The translations under genes and the position numbers were made by a program. A DNA stretch of 64,000 bases, taken from sequence record MZ501103. One strand, given 5' to 3'. Source of the stretch: Escherichia phage SelmaRatti. The notes below the pieces were generated by a model. It was not told the origin of the DNA. It searched no databases and saw only the letters and a program-made list of their open reading frames with translations. Below, piece by piece: positions 1 through 9,662 of the stretch. Position 1 is the first letter of the stretch. Every line of letters starts with the position of its first letter.

Positions 1-221
1 CTAGCTAGCTGTTGGTTTATTTGCTCTACAGTAAGCTTAGCTTTATTACTACAATGTGGGCAACCACTACCCTTTCTTATATTATTTAGGTAAGCTTTCC
101 ATTGGTGGCCATTTAAGCATTTAAACATGGCTGGTGTTCTTATGTTAACCCATTCACTTACTATACTAAAGCCTCGTGACTCTAACTCTTTATTTATTTG
201 TTTTGCTGTTAACTTTTTCAC
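1..221 (-). CDS. T5orf172-type zinc-ribbon endonuclease-like paralog, partial (gene continues past window start)
   Basis: Minus-strand translation from GTG at 221 gives VKKLTAKQINKELESRGF...GHQWKAYLNNIRKGSGCPHCSN, the same GHxW/GCPxC repeat as 9649-10512 and 24387-25076. Confidence 0.45.
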   Translation of the reverse strand, partial: MKKLTAKQINKELESRGFSIVSEWVNIRTPAMFKCLNGHQWKAYLNNIRKGSGCPHCSNKAKLTVEQINQQLA

Positions 222-240
222 TATACTTTATATACAACAA

Positions 241-262
241 AGGAGAGCCGAAGCTCTCCTTT
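241..262. terminator. symmetric GC hairpin (AGGAGAGC-CGAA-GCTCTCCT) followed by T-run, bidirectional terminator candidate
   Basis: Perfect inverted repeat followed by TTTTCTTT; lies just beyond the stop of the minus-strand gene 269-559. Confidence 0.55.
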
Positions 263-268
263 TCTTTA

Positions 269-559
269 TTATTTTTTACCTACTGGCGTAGCTCTATCAA
301 GTTCACTAGACAATGAAGTGATACGTTTTACCTTATTTACCGGGATGAATCGGAAGCTATCATTAGTACGGCTAAATACTAGAATCTCGTCGTCTTTTGG
401 TTGGCGAATACGCTCCTGGGCGAATCGTTTACTGAGATACTTATCAGAAAAGTCCATAGTACCTTGAAGATACGTAGTACCTTTTTGACGTAATTTCTCA
501 TAATGAAGGTAGAACTCGTTATGAGCTTCACATGCGGAGATGATTTCTTGTTTATTCAT
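269..559 (-). CDS. hypothetical protein (96 aa)
   Basis: ORF in minus-strand gene array. Confidence 0.5.
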   Translation of the reverse strand: MNKQEIISACEAHNEFYLHYEKLRQKGTTYLQGTMDFSDKYLSKRFAQERIRQPKDDEILVFSRTNDSFRFIPVNKVKRITSLSSELDRATPVGKK

Positions 560-574
560 GCAAAAATCCCCTTA

Positions 575-985
575 TTACTTAGTGATAGCTCGGATTGCTT
601 CTGCCAGATGAGCAGCCGCTTTACCAGTCAGTTTGTCGATAATTGCATCATCCAGAAAATCTGGTGCTAGGCCAGCATCAGAGAATGCTGAACGAAGATC
701 GGCATGAGCTTGGGCTTTAGAAGTGCGAGAACCACCAGAAGCTTTTTCTCCAGTAGATGCGCTAGATTTAGAAGCAGAGCCAGCAGCTTTCTTGATGTAC
801 AAACCTGCTTTAGTCAGCTTCATACGAAAACCGTTCGGAGTTACACCATTTTCCTGGGCAATTTCGCTAACAATTTCCATGCTAACACCCGGACGTTCAT
901 CCTCTGGGAATTGCTCCATACGAGCAACGTATTCGGAAGACATTTTTTCGAACAGTTCATCAGTCCACTGAGTTGGAGTAGTCAT
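575..985 (-). CDS. hypothetical protein (136 aa)
   Basis: ORF; antisense ORFs 704-1006 and 723-971 considered spurious. Confidence 0.55.
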   Translation of the reverse strand: MTTPTQWTDELFEKMSSEYVARMEQFPEDERPGVSMEIVSEIAQENGVTPNGFRMKLTKAGLYIKKAAGSASKSSASTGEKASGGSRTSKAQAHADLRSAFSDAGLAPDFLDDAIIDKLTGKAAAHLAEAIRAITK

Positions 986-1091
986 ATTTTATATTTCCTT
1001 AATTAAGAATTAAACAGAATAGTTCTTTCAAACTATGAGAATATTATATCAAGAATTATAGGATTAAGCAACTGAAATTTTTCGGTAATTG

Positions 1092-1346
1092 CTACACATC
1101 TAGTTCAACAATCTCCCAATCGTCGGCCAGAGCCTCGTCTAGGGTAAGGTTTACTTGACGGATAAGTGGGGATTCCATACCGTTCTCCCACACATGTTCA
1201 GTCACTGTACCCTGCTCTACGTTAAATTCTAAAACCACTGTAAAGTGTTTATTATTTTCCCAGCTATCCCGCTGGAGATATTTTACATCCCCATCTTTCA
1301 GTAAATCTGTTAGCTTACTCACGGCGTTTTCCTTTTTCTTTATCAA
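1092..1346 (-). CDS. hypothetical protein (84 aa)
   Basis: ORF, overlaps upstream gene end. Confidence 0.4.
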   Translation of the reverse strand: MIKKKENAVSKLTDLLKDGDVKYLQRDSWENNKHFTVVLEFNVEQGTVTEHVWENGMESPLIRQVNLTLDEALADDWEIVELDV

Positions 1347-2019
1347 GTTTCAGGGCAGCCTTGACAGCTTCGTTAATCAACGTAATAATTTCTTCACGAG
1401 TCCATTTATATCCTAGAGATTTTACGTCAACCCCTAGCTTTTCCAGATGTTTAACAGAGGCCAACTCGTAATTCATATAGTGGACGTTCTGTTGTTTGCC
1501 TTCCGATAGAAGCCATACACGGTAACAACCAACAGGATTATCCATTGCTTTTTTGATTTCACCGATACACTGGTATCCAGGAACCCAAACAAGCTCACCA
1601 ACTGCAAATTCTTCTGCTACAGCATCATCAGGAATAATTGGAGGATTCAATGGATCTACAATATCGTTCAAACGAAGTAGAGCACCGTATCGTTCCAGAA
1701 CAGATTTAACCATTGCTACAGAGCGATAATTACGATCGGCAATTTCTTCGAAAGAATCACCAGATAAATACTGCTCAATAACGTTAGCTAACTCGATGCC
1801 TTCAATGAGTGTGCCACGTTTCTTTTTCTTCATTTCGGCAACTTGAATCTGGCGATCTTGCCACTCCTCAATCATCCTTTCCATAGTTGGATTGGACGAT
1901 ACGCCGAGCATTTCACATGCTGCTTTCTTAGTACCACCGTTCTCCAGATGCTCTATAACCTTTTTAAAGACTTCATCTGGGATTTCATGGATATGTTTCT
2001 TTCTACGAGAACCAGCCAT
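1315..2019 (-). CDS. hypothetical protein, possible HTH DNA-binding N-terminus (234 aa)
   Basis: ORF; N-terminal segment GGTKKAACEMLGVSSNPTMERMIEEW looks like a helix-turn-helix. Confidence 0.55.
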   Translation of the reverse strand: MAGSRRKKHIHEIPDEVFKKVIEHLENGGTKKAACEMLGVSSNPTMERMIEEWQDRQIQVAEMKKKKRGTLIEGIELANVIEQYLSGDSFEEIADRNYRSVAMVKSVLERYGALLRLNDIVDPLNPPIIPDDAVAEEFAVGELVWVPGYQCIGEIKKAMDNPVGCYRVWLLSEGKQQNVHYMNYELASVKHLEKLGVDVKSLGYKWTREEIITLINEAVKAALKLDKEKGKRRE

Positions 2020-2087
2020 ATTTAAACTCCTCTCTCAAATTTATGAATCTATTATACAGAAATTTTTTGAACTATGCAAATAAATTT

Positions 2088-2330
2088 TTATGATTCCTTG
2101 AGCAAAGAAGCAAGTTCAGCATAGACTTTATCTAATTCAAAGCCGATGCGAAGAGACACGTTTGTTTTCCGTTGTTTAAGTAACCACTCGGATATGTTAG
2201 GGATGCCAGCTAGTCTAGCAGGAACCACCCTACATAGCTTTTCCGAAGTGTCGTAAACAGGAAATTTATGTTCTTTTACTGGAAACTTCCTTGTTTCCCA
2301 TTTTTTATTCTTCACTGTCATTTCTAGCAC
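2088..2330 (-). CDS. hypothetical protein (80 aa)
   Basis: ORF. Confidence 0.4.
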   Translation of the reverse strand: MLEMTVKNKKWETRKFPVKEHKFPVYDTSEKLCRVVPARLAGIPNISEWLLKQRKTNVSLRIGFELDKVYAELASLLKES

Positions 2331-5094
2331 CTAGCTCCGCCATTGCTTCATCATGCATATGTTTCTCCTCATCAGTCATAAACTTATACGGGATTGGCAT
2401 ACACTCGATTTTACAATAAGTCCTGTACCAGTCTACAATATTCTCCGTGTTCATATCCTTGCCAATACCCATCATACCAAGATACATTCTTGCATATTTT
2501 GGGTTAGCACTCTGACCTGTTTTAAGGAAGAAATCTTTCTTCTTACCTTTCAGAGCTTCTATGAATGGTTTGATAGTGACATTTGAACACTTCTTAATAT
2601 CTTCCCAGAACATCTCGTGCATCTTATGGAAGAATGCAGCTCGATCATTAGGTTTATCCTTGATATATTGTTCAACATGCTCAACTGTTACATCTTTAAT
2701 AGACTCAAGATGATAGTAGCGAACAAGAAGTAGTTTAGCTTCATACGCATCTGCATGGCGTGGAGCACAATAATCAGGAGTTGAATACAAAATAGCTTTG
2801 ATTCGCTCTTCCGTATATTCCTTCCCAGCACCTTCGATAGTTCCCCAGCTTTCACTGAAAATATCAATAGTTGCACCCTGATCAAGCAAGTAATAGCGTA
2901 GAGTACTAGTATAGTTTCTAGATTCCAGCTCCCTGCGACGTGCATATAGTTGCTGTGCTAACTCCAGCCAACCCTCATCAATGTTATATTGCTCAGAACC
3001 TGCGGAGAATCCACTCGTAGATTTATCAATAAAATAATAGATATTCTGAGCACCACGGTCGCGCCTGATTGCTTGAAAACGCATGTTTGGCGCTTGGTTA
3101 CTGGTTCTAGTGATAACGAATACGTTATCAAAATAGTTGAAGTCAACACCACTAGTTACGGATGGACTACATAATAAGCAATCAATTTGTTGATCAATCA
3201 GCTCATTAGTTGTGTAATCCAGAATACGTCTAATATCCACATCAGACGTAGAATTTGAGTGGATTTCCTTAACTAACGCACCCGTATTACGACGTAATGC
3301 CATACCCTTCTCATTCAGCTCATCAGGGCCACAATCAGATACCAGAATAGATTTCTCACCCATCTCTAGAGAAGTCTGAAGTGCAACCCAAATACTGGAT
3401 TCATCAGGAAACTCATAAGCATGAGCTTTTGACAGCATTTTACGGTGATGATTATAAAATGCAACCGGTTTATCAAACTCGATCAAAGAACCATATGCTT
3501 CAATTGTTTCTGCACTAATATCACCATCTGATAATATAATGATTTTTGCAGTTGCAAGAATATCCCGAAGAACCTGAATACATTCACGACGTTGTTTAAC
3601 AACCGGGGCGAATAATAGGTCGTTCATTACTGCATCACATTCATCGATAAAGATTGCATCAATTTGACCAATAAAACTCTTGAACTTATGCAAAGAGTGA
3701 ATAGTTGTGGACATACGGTCAATAGCACCACGCTTAAAATTAAGCATATCTACAGACTTATCATATTGTCCTGCACTAAATTTCTTAGCATTGGAAGATA
3801 CTAGCGCTCTAGTATTTGTAACTGCTAAAAAGTTGCCAGGAAGAACACCTGCGTCCAGCCATTTAGTTACTGCCGTAGTTTTACCAGTACCAAGACTTGC
3901 CTTAACAAAGGTTATGTGGCCTTTTGGAGGCACAATGTTAATCTTCAGGTATGGAACTTCTGGTGGAGAATCCACTTCTAATTTCTTGAGTGGAACACCC
4001 TTCAGATTTAATGGAATCTCACGTTTAGAATTATTAACAAACGCTTTGAGAGCCTGCTTACGACCGTTATTAAAGTAATCTTGAATATTACGACTGTTAT
4101 CTTTAGTTGCAATATATTCAGATAAAGCGGGTTTAATCTCACGTTCTAGCCATGCGAAATCAACACCATCCTCTAATGCTCTATGGTATAGTTTAGGGAT
4201 AATACGCAAGTACACCCCATCCTCAGCTTCTTCCAATTCGCTGATAGTTTCTTCTACTTTATCAGACGCGATCTTTTTGCCTTTAATTTGGTCAAGTAAG
4301 GAATAGAATTCCTCTTTGAACTCCCCTCTAGTTGTTTCATAGTCAACCAGATTATTAGGCAAATTTACCTTCGAACCTTTAACATACACCAGACGTGGCT
4401 TACTATCCGCTTTAAACGGATCAACAATACCATCACTAAATAAAGGATCGGCAAAATAATGGAGCTGGACAGATGAATAATAAGCTAAGTCGGCAATGTC
4501 AAAACCGAATTTTTGCTTACTACTATCATTGATAGACGTAAATAAGAACTTTAACTGACCTTGAGTTACCTTGACGTTAGATTCTAGCATTAAGTGCATT
4601 CGGATACCTGGTTTTAGGCCAGCCGAAGACGATGCATGAGCAATAAACCCTGCATCAAGAGGAAACATGTCCTCACTAATACTATTCAACATCTTAATAA
4701 TGTGACGGGCCATGCCTACAAGATTAAACTTGTCGTACCCACCGGTATCTAGGATACCATCCACGTCCATAGCAATAATATTGCTAGGGTTAGACACATT
4801 AAAGTTACCTTTCTTACGTCGCACATTATTTTTAGGTGCAAGACATCGACCTCGTACCGCAACGATATGAGGGTCAGACGTTAAACGTCTCATAAGTGGT
4901 AACATTTCGGCAAGGCTTTGCGGGTCGTGCTCTTCTATTACATCAAATTTGAAGGGCATAGAGGCTGGTTTACCTTCTGGATGCTCTTTCGAGAATCGCT
5001 TGGCAAAGGTATAATCTTCCGCTTTGATTTCTCGCCAAATACCTGTTGCTAAATCACGAGAAAATCCGGCGTGACCTTGAAGAATAGAAAACAC
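2305..5094 (-). CDS. large P-loop ATPase, SF2-helicase-like, possible replication-initiation or origin-binding protein (929 aa)
   Basis: Walker A SLGTGKTT and DExD-like Walker B IFIDECD in the central region; 2.8-kb ORF. Confidence 0.6.
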   Translation of the reverse strand: MFSILQGHAGFSRDLATGIWREIKAEDYTFAKRFSKEHPEGKPASMPFKFDVIEEHDPQSLAEMLPLMRRLTSDPHIVAVRGRCLAPKNNVRRKKGNFNVSNPSNIIAMDVDGILDTGGYDKFNLVGMARHIIKMLNSISEDMFPLDAGFIAHASSSAGLKPGIRMHLMLESNVKVTQGQLKFLFTSINDSSKQKFGFDIADLAYYSSVQLHYFADPLFSDGIVDPFKADSKPRLVYVKGSKVNLPNNLVDYETTRGEFKEEFYSLLDQIKGKKIASDKVEETISELEEAEDGVYLRIIPKLYHRALEDGVDFAWLEREIKPALSEYIATKDNSRNIQDYFNNGRKQALKAFVNNSKREIPLNLKGVPLKKLEVDSPPEVPYLKINIVPPKGHITFVKASLGTGKTTAVTKWLDAGVLPGNFLAVTNTRALVSSNAKKFSAGQYDKSVDMLNFKRGAIDRMSTTIHSLHKFKSFIGQIDAIFIDECDAVMNDLLFAPVVKQRRECIQVLRDILATAKIIILSDGDISAETIEAYGSLIEFDKPVAFYNHHRKMLSKAHAYEFPDESSIWVALQTSLEMGEKSILVSDCGPDELNEKGMALRRNTGALVKEIHSNSTSDVDIRRILDYTTNELIDQQIDCLLCSPSVTSGVDFNYFDNVFVITRTSNQAPNMRFQAIRRDRGAQNIYYFIDKSTSGFSAGSEQYNIDEGWLELAQQLYARRRELESRNYTSTLRYYLLDQGATIDIFSESWGTIEGAGKEYTEERIKAILYSTPDYCAPRHADAYEAKLLLVRYYHLESIKDVTVEHVEQYIKDKPNDRAAFFHKMHEMFWEDIKKCSNVTIKPFIEALKGKKKDFFLKTGQSANPKYARMYLGMMGIGKDMNTENIVDWYRTYCKIECMPIPYKFMTDEEKHMHDEAMAELGARNDSEE

Positions 5095-5712
5095 AACAAT
5101 ACTCCTGTGTTGGTTAATCGAAAATCTTTTCTTTAGGACTATTCAGAAAGAATAGAACAACTATTACTACTATTTACGTAAACATCAATTATCATCAAGC
5201 AATATGAATAAGTTATCATATCTCAGTGCTGTGCTCTCTTCGCTCATATACAGAATAGAACCTAGGTCATTGGCCGCTAAGCCGATTCTATTTGTCCTCA
5301 CTATCCTATTGGTAGGTGACTACTGTACGTGCCGCCATTCGCTGCTCTTTTCGTTCGCACCCCCATATAAAGCTCTGCCTATATAACGAGCTAAATATGC
5401 ACGGTTTGGATTTACCTTTCCGAATTCAGGGTACACAGATCACTTAATTGAAGATTAACTAATGCAATATAAACACTAGTAACAGTTAAAACAACCCTTA
5501 ATGGGGCAGCCTAACTGTTCCGTATCGCGGATTGTAAACAAGAAAAATTAGCAAAATCAATTTTTACTAATGTCTCTCAATTCAATATAAATATTATATC
5601 AAGATTTTGAGCACCGTGCAAGTAAATTTTTCCCAAAGGTGCTATCAGTGTCTTTGAGTACAGAGAAAACCGAGCCAAAATGACTCGGTAATCAGAGTTC
5701 AGCTAGTAAAAA

Positions 5713-6105
5713 TCATTCATCATTTAGGCCTGGAACATAAATCCCAATACGGTTTAATTGTTCTTTAGCTTCTTTGAGAATATCTGGAGTGTACTCCCAA
5801 ATATCATCTTTCACCTGTAAAAGATGGGGCGAACAACCGTCATCAGGCACACGACATATGGCAAAACCACGTGGATGGAACAAAGAGAAATTTAGGGAAA
5901 CAATTAAACCCATAGAGGACAATTCATTCCAGTCCATCTCCCATTCCCCGGCATATCCAGACAGGAAAACGCCAGTGCAGGGATCATCTATTTGCTGCTC
6001 TGGAAAAGTGAAGGAGGCTTGCTTTACCCCCAACCAACGTTGTAGCAGCTTCTCAGCACGCTTCACCAAACTAGGATCAATCTGGCGCCAATATACTTGT
6101 TCCAT
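5713..6105 (-). CDS. hypothetical protein (130 aa), tandem paralog of 6115-6543
   Basis: ORF; shares segment ELxxMGLxxxLNxxLFxP with neighbour. Confidence 0.55.
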   Translation of the reverse strand: MEQVYWRQIDPSLVKRAEKLLQRWLGVKQASFTFPEQQIDDPCTGVFLSGYAGEWEMDWNELSSMGLIVSLNFSLFHPRGFAICRVPDDGCSPHLLQVKDDIWEYTPDILKEAKEQLNRIGIYVPGLNDE

Positions 6106-6114
6106 TCTGCCTCC

Positions 6115-6543
6115 TTAAGCAGTTAAACCTGGGATCATATACCCGAAACGGCGAAGTTTCTGAATCCCCTCATTCACTTCTTCCGGTGAGTAAGACCAAC
6201 CATAACGTTCATTAACCTGAAAACCAGGAGATTCACTAGTTTTATAGTTAACAACTAGGCGATGCTTAGCAGGCATAAACAGCTTATAGTTTAACGCAAA
6301 AACTAAGCCCATTTCGTCTAACTCTTTCCAGCCCACAATCTCTTCAAGACCATCCTCTACCTGCACAATTAAACCAATACAGGGGGCCTCATCAATATCA
6401 TCCTTAAAAGCAAAGGAGATTTCGTTATTCTCACACCATATTTTCAAAGAGTTAATAGCCTCATTATACAGGCTAGCTGGGAGAGTACGCCAAAAGTTAA
6501 CCAAAATTGGGTTAGCTTCTTTAGAGAATACATTATTGAACAT
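6115..6543 (-). CDS. hypothetical protein (142 aa), tandem paralog of 5713-6105
   Basis: ORF; WKELDEMGLVFALNYKLFMP similar to neighbour. Confidence 0.55.
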   Translation of the reverse strand: MFNNVFSKEANPILVNFWRTLPASLYNEAINSLKIWCENNEISFAFKDDIDEAPCIGLIVQVEDGLEEIVGWKELDEMGLVFALNYKLFMPAKHRLVVNYKTSESPGFQVNERYGWSYSPEEVNEGIQKLRRFGYMIPGLTA

Positions 6544-6545
6544 AT

Positions 6546-6995
6546 TTACACCTTAAATTGTTGTAAGGATTTACACATTTCAATATCTGGGCTAAATTCT
6601 AGCATATAGCTAACAGCTTTTAAATCTTGAAGATTTATCCCAGTCCTACCGTTGACTATAACCGTTGGATACTGATACATCATAGCACCAGCACGCTCAA
6701 TAAGGTCATCAACGTTAGTAGTCAAATTTACTACTTGACCAGGATATTTCTTATACCATTCCCCAATACGCAAGTGTGCAAGGTTAGGTTCAACAGTTTC
6801 TAGCTCTTCACGTCGCTTGTTGTAAAACATATGGGTTTTATGATAAAAGTTACCACGAAAGGCATGAATATTACATACCTCTTCTAAGTCATAATCATCC
6901 CACAATGCTTTACCACTAGCAGTATCAGTACGGAAGGCTCGTACACCACTTTCAACACTCAAACCTACACCACTGATAATAATTAATCTACGCAT
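6546..6995 (-). CDS. truncated Sir2-like (sirtuin N-terminal half) protein, probably non-catalytic (149 aa)
   Basis: ISGVGLSVESGVRAFR matches sirtuin GAGIS.ESGIP.FR; TTNVDDLIERAG matches TQNID.LHERAG; the expected catalytic His position reads VIVNG (Asn); no zinc-ribbon or C-terminal half. Confidence 0.45.
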   Translation of the reverse strand: MRRLIIISGVGLSVESGVRAFRTDTASGKALWDDYDLEEVCNIHAFRGNFYHKTHMFYNKRREELETVEPNLAHLRIGEWYKKYPGQVVNLTTNVDDLIERAGAMMYQYPTVIVNGRTGINLQDLKAVSYMLEFSPDIEMCKSLQQFKV

Positions 6996-7209
6996 TTTTC
7001 ACCTGTTCTCTAAAGTTTTGCCCAATACTGTCTAACAGCTCAGCTAATTCTTTATTGCCTTTCTCCATTAAGGTATTAGCAATAACTTCTAGCATAGTAG
7101 CGCAGGATTCAACACCATCCTTATAGCCAGTTTCCCAGTGCTGCATTAATGCGTTTTCCAAAGCGGTGTTTAAATCACTGCCTGGTAGCATCGGCTTCGA
7201 GAATGCCAT
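6988..7209 (-). CDS. hypothetical protein (73 aa)
   Basis: ORF. Confidence 0.45.
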   Translation of the reverse strand: MAFSKPMLPGSDLNTALENALMQHWETGYKDGVESCATMLEVIANTLMEKGNKELAELLDSIGQNFREQVKNA

Positions 7210-7381
7210 AAAGTTTCTCCTCTAGTTCCATAACACGATTTTCATAAGAGGCACGCAACTTTTCAATTGCCAGTGCACGCACTGTAACCTCATTAGAATT
7301 AATAGCTAATTGGGCCAGATCTTCTGTTTCCATACGTCCGTTGTAAATTAAGCGATATTTAAGATGTTTTACGTTTTTCAT
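7175..7381 (-). CDS. hypothetical protein (68 aa)
   Basis: ORF. Confidence 0.4.
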   Translation of the reverse strand: MKNVKHLKYRLIYNGRMETEDLAQLAINSNEVTVRALAIEKLRASYENRVMELEEKLYGILEADATRQ

Positions 7382-7773
7382 ACTTTTAGCTCCGCCCCAA
7401 TATCCTCATAGAAGTAATCGTAGTAAACTTGCTTAATATGATGCTTAATAACAGAGGAGAAATCCTCTGTGCCATTAGAGGTAACATTAAATACTTGTAA
7501 GTGGTTCCAATACACAAATTCTAGAGTCTCTTTTAAGTCTTCAGGTTCTTCGTATATAGGATTATAGACAGTAATATCTAATTCTTGCTCTACAAAGTCG
7601 CCTAGTAATGTAGGATACCCAATACCTTCTAGTAATGAGTAATCACCCGTAGCAGCAAAAATAGCTTCCTGAATAGTATCTACCCCTAAGTGATAATGTC
7701 CTAACTTAGATACAACAATAAATGGTTTTAGTTCCATATACCCTCCTCTCAAATTTATAAATCTATTATACAT
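7378..7773 (-). CDS. hypothetical protein (131 aa)
   Basis: ORF. Confidence 0.5.
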   Translation of the reverse strand: MYNRFINLRGGYMELKPFIVVSKLGHYHLGVDTIQEAIFAATGDYSLLEGIGYPTLLGDFVEQELDITVYNPIYEEPEDLKETLEFVYWNHLQVFNVTSNGTEDFSSVIKHHIKQVYYDYFYEDIGAELKV

Positions 7774-7835
7774 ATATTTTTAGCTGAAAGCAAATAAAAT
7801 AAAAGCCAGGTCGACTAGCAACCTGGCTGATTAGC

Positions 7836-9662
7836 TTATTTAAGATTTAAGTGTTTTACTCTACCAAGCACTTCTTTTTGTTTCCCAGAATTGAAAGGCC
7901 TACTGCCCGGGGATCCCAGGTACCCGCAAACCCTACGTGTAACCTCTATTTCTTCAGATCCACAACCCGGACATACAAACCCACGTTCAGAAGCAACAGA
8001 TTCACCCATATATCCGCAGTTGAAACACTCATCAATTGGTATATTAACACCAATATAATGGCTACATTCTAGCCCCTTATCCACCACATACTCAAGAGCT
8101 TTGTGGAACTTTTTCATTTGAGGTAGTTCCACAAATGATATATTACCACCATTAGCTATTTTGGTAAAATGAGCTTCGTACTCAAATTTAGTATCTGGGG
8201 CTACTTTCTCTCTTACGTCCAAATGGTGACTATTAGTAAGATAGCCTTTATCTGTTAACCAAGAATACTCTGGGAACCTACGTTCTAGTAATTTATTAAA
8301 ACGATTACATAGAGACTCACTAGGAGTAGCATACAAGCTAAACCCAAGATTAGTCTCATTAGCTTTAACTTCGCAACGATTTTTTAGGTGAGTGAGAACT
8401 TCCTCTGTAAATTCAATACAATCCCTATGGGTTTGTGGTAGACCAAACATTATTTGGCACATCTCATAGACCCCAATGTATCCAAGAGATACAGAAGATC
8501 TACCCTCAAAAATAGGCCATACATACTCTTCCCCATCTAAACGCACACCAAAACCCCCGTGCATATAAAGAATAGGGGCTTGTTTAGCCTTCACTTTCTT
8601 AAGTCTATTTAAGAAAAAATCATGAGCTTCAAAAGCCTCATCCACATATTTGTCCAGAATATCCCAGAAATCTTCAAAAACCCCATCTGCCTCAGCAGCA
8701 ACCATAGGTAGATTAATAGACACTACACCTAAATTATTGCGCCCTGCAATTTCTCCGGAGGGGATAGCAGATAAAAAGCTACGACAACCCATAGGTGCTT
8801 TAAAATCACCAGTAACAGCTACAACTTTCTCGTAACTTAAATAGTCCGGGTACATACGGGTAGCAGAACACTCAAGTGCTAGCTGTTTTATATCGTAGTT
8901 AGGGTCGCCTGGATTTTTATTTAACCCTTCTTTAACTGAGAATACTAGTTTAGGGAAGATAGGGGTTGACTCAGCAGCACCTAAACCTTTAATACGGTTT
9001 TGGAGGATGGCTTTCTGAATCATCCTTTCCTCCCACCCCTGTCCTAGCCCAAAGCCAAGCGTAACAAAAGGAGTCTGTCCATTAGAGTTAAATAATGAAT
9101 TAGTTTCATACTCTAGGGCTTGGAATGCGTCATAACACTCTTTTTCAGTAAGTTCAGTAGCATATACAGCAGCTTTCCTTTCATCCTTGAGCCAACGTAG
9201 ACCACGACCCAGATGTTTATTGTAAGACTTTCTGACATACGGGGCTAGAACCTCATCGATACGATCAATAGAGGTGCCACCATACTGAGCACCAGATACT
9301 TGGGCAATAATCTGAGCAGTGATTGCACATGCAGTAGTTATGGATTTAGGAGTTTCAATATTTGCATTACCAATTTTAGTACCATTCTTCAGCATGCTAC
9401 CAAGGTCTACTAAGCAACAGTTAGTGTACCCCTGTGCTCTGTAATCCATATCATGAATGTGTATCTTACCTAGATTATGGGCGTCTAACAGGTGTTTAGG
9501 TAACTCTTGCGATACTAAATACTTGTTAACTTCCCCAGCTAATAAGTCTCTTTGAGTATGGAACATCTCACTAGGTTTATTAGCATTATTATGCTGTAAA
9601 TCCTTATCCGCAGTTAGAGTGAGCAGACCTTTGCAATTCTCAATTAATTCATTCTCTGTCAT
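7836..9662 (-). CDS. nrdD: anaerobic ribonucleoside-triphosphate reductase (class III RNR)
   Basis: 608 aa; C-terminal glycyl-radical motif RVCGYLG preceded by Cys-rich zinc ribbon (CFNCGY...CPGCGS). Confidence 0.85.
   Translation of the reverse strand: MTENELIENCKGLLTLTADKDLQHNNANKPSEMFHTQRDLLAGEVNKYLVSQELPKHLLDAHNLGKIHIHDMDYRAQGYTNCCLVDLGSMLKNGTKIGNANIETPKSITTACAITAQIIAQVSGAQYGGTSIDRIDEVLAPYVRKSYNKHLGRGLRWLKDERKAAVYATELTEKECYDAFQALEYETNSLFNSNGQTPFVTLGFGLGQGWEERMIQKAILQNRIKGLGAAESTPIFPKLVFSVKEGLNKNPGDPNYDIKQLALECSATRMYPDYLSYEKVVAVTGDFKAPMGCRSFLSAIPSGEIAGRNNLGVVSINLPMVAAEADGVFEDFWDILDKYVDEAFEAHDFFLNRLKKVKAKQAPILYMHGGFGVRLDGEEYVWPIFEGRSSVSLGYIGVYEMCQIMFGLPQTHRDCIEFTEEVLTHLKNRCEVKANETNLGFSLYATPSESLCNRFNKLLERRFPEYSWLTDKGYLTNSHHLDVREKVAPDTKFEYEAHFTKIANGGNISFVELPQMKKFHKALEYVVDKGLECSHYIGVNIPIDECFNCGYMGESVASERGFVCPGCGSEEIEVTRRVCGYLGSPGSRPFNSGKQKEVLGRVKHLNLK

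Noticed and set aside
704-1006. Plus-strand ORFs (100 aa and 82 aa) overlapping 575-985
   Set aside because: Antisense to a minus-strand gene array; no promoter or RBS.
6546-6995. NrdG activase or NrdI flavodoxin next to nrdD
   Set aside because: No CxxxCxxC cluster (the product has no Cys) and no flavodoxin-like motif; the N-terminal motifs fit the Sir2 fold better.
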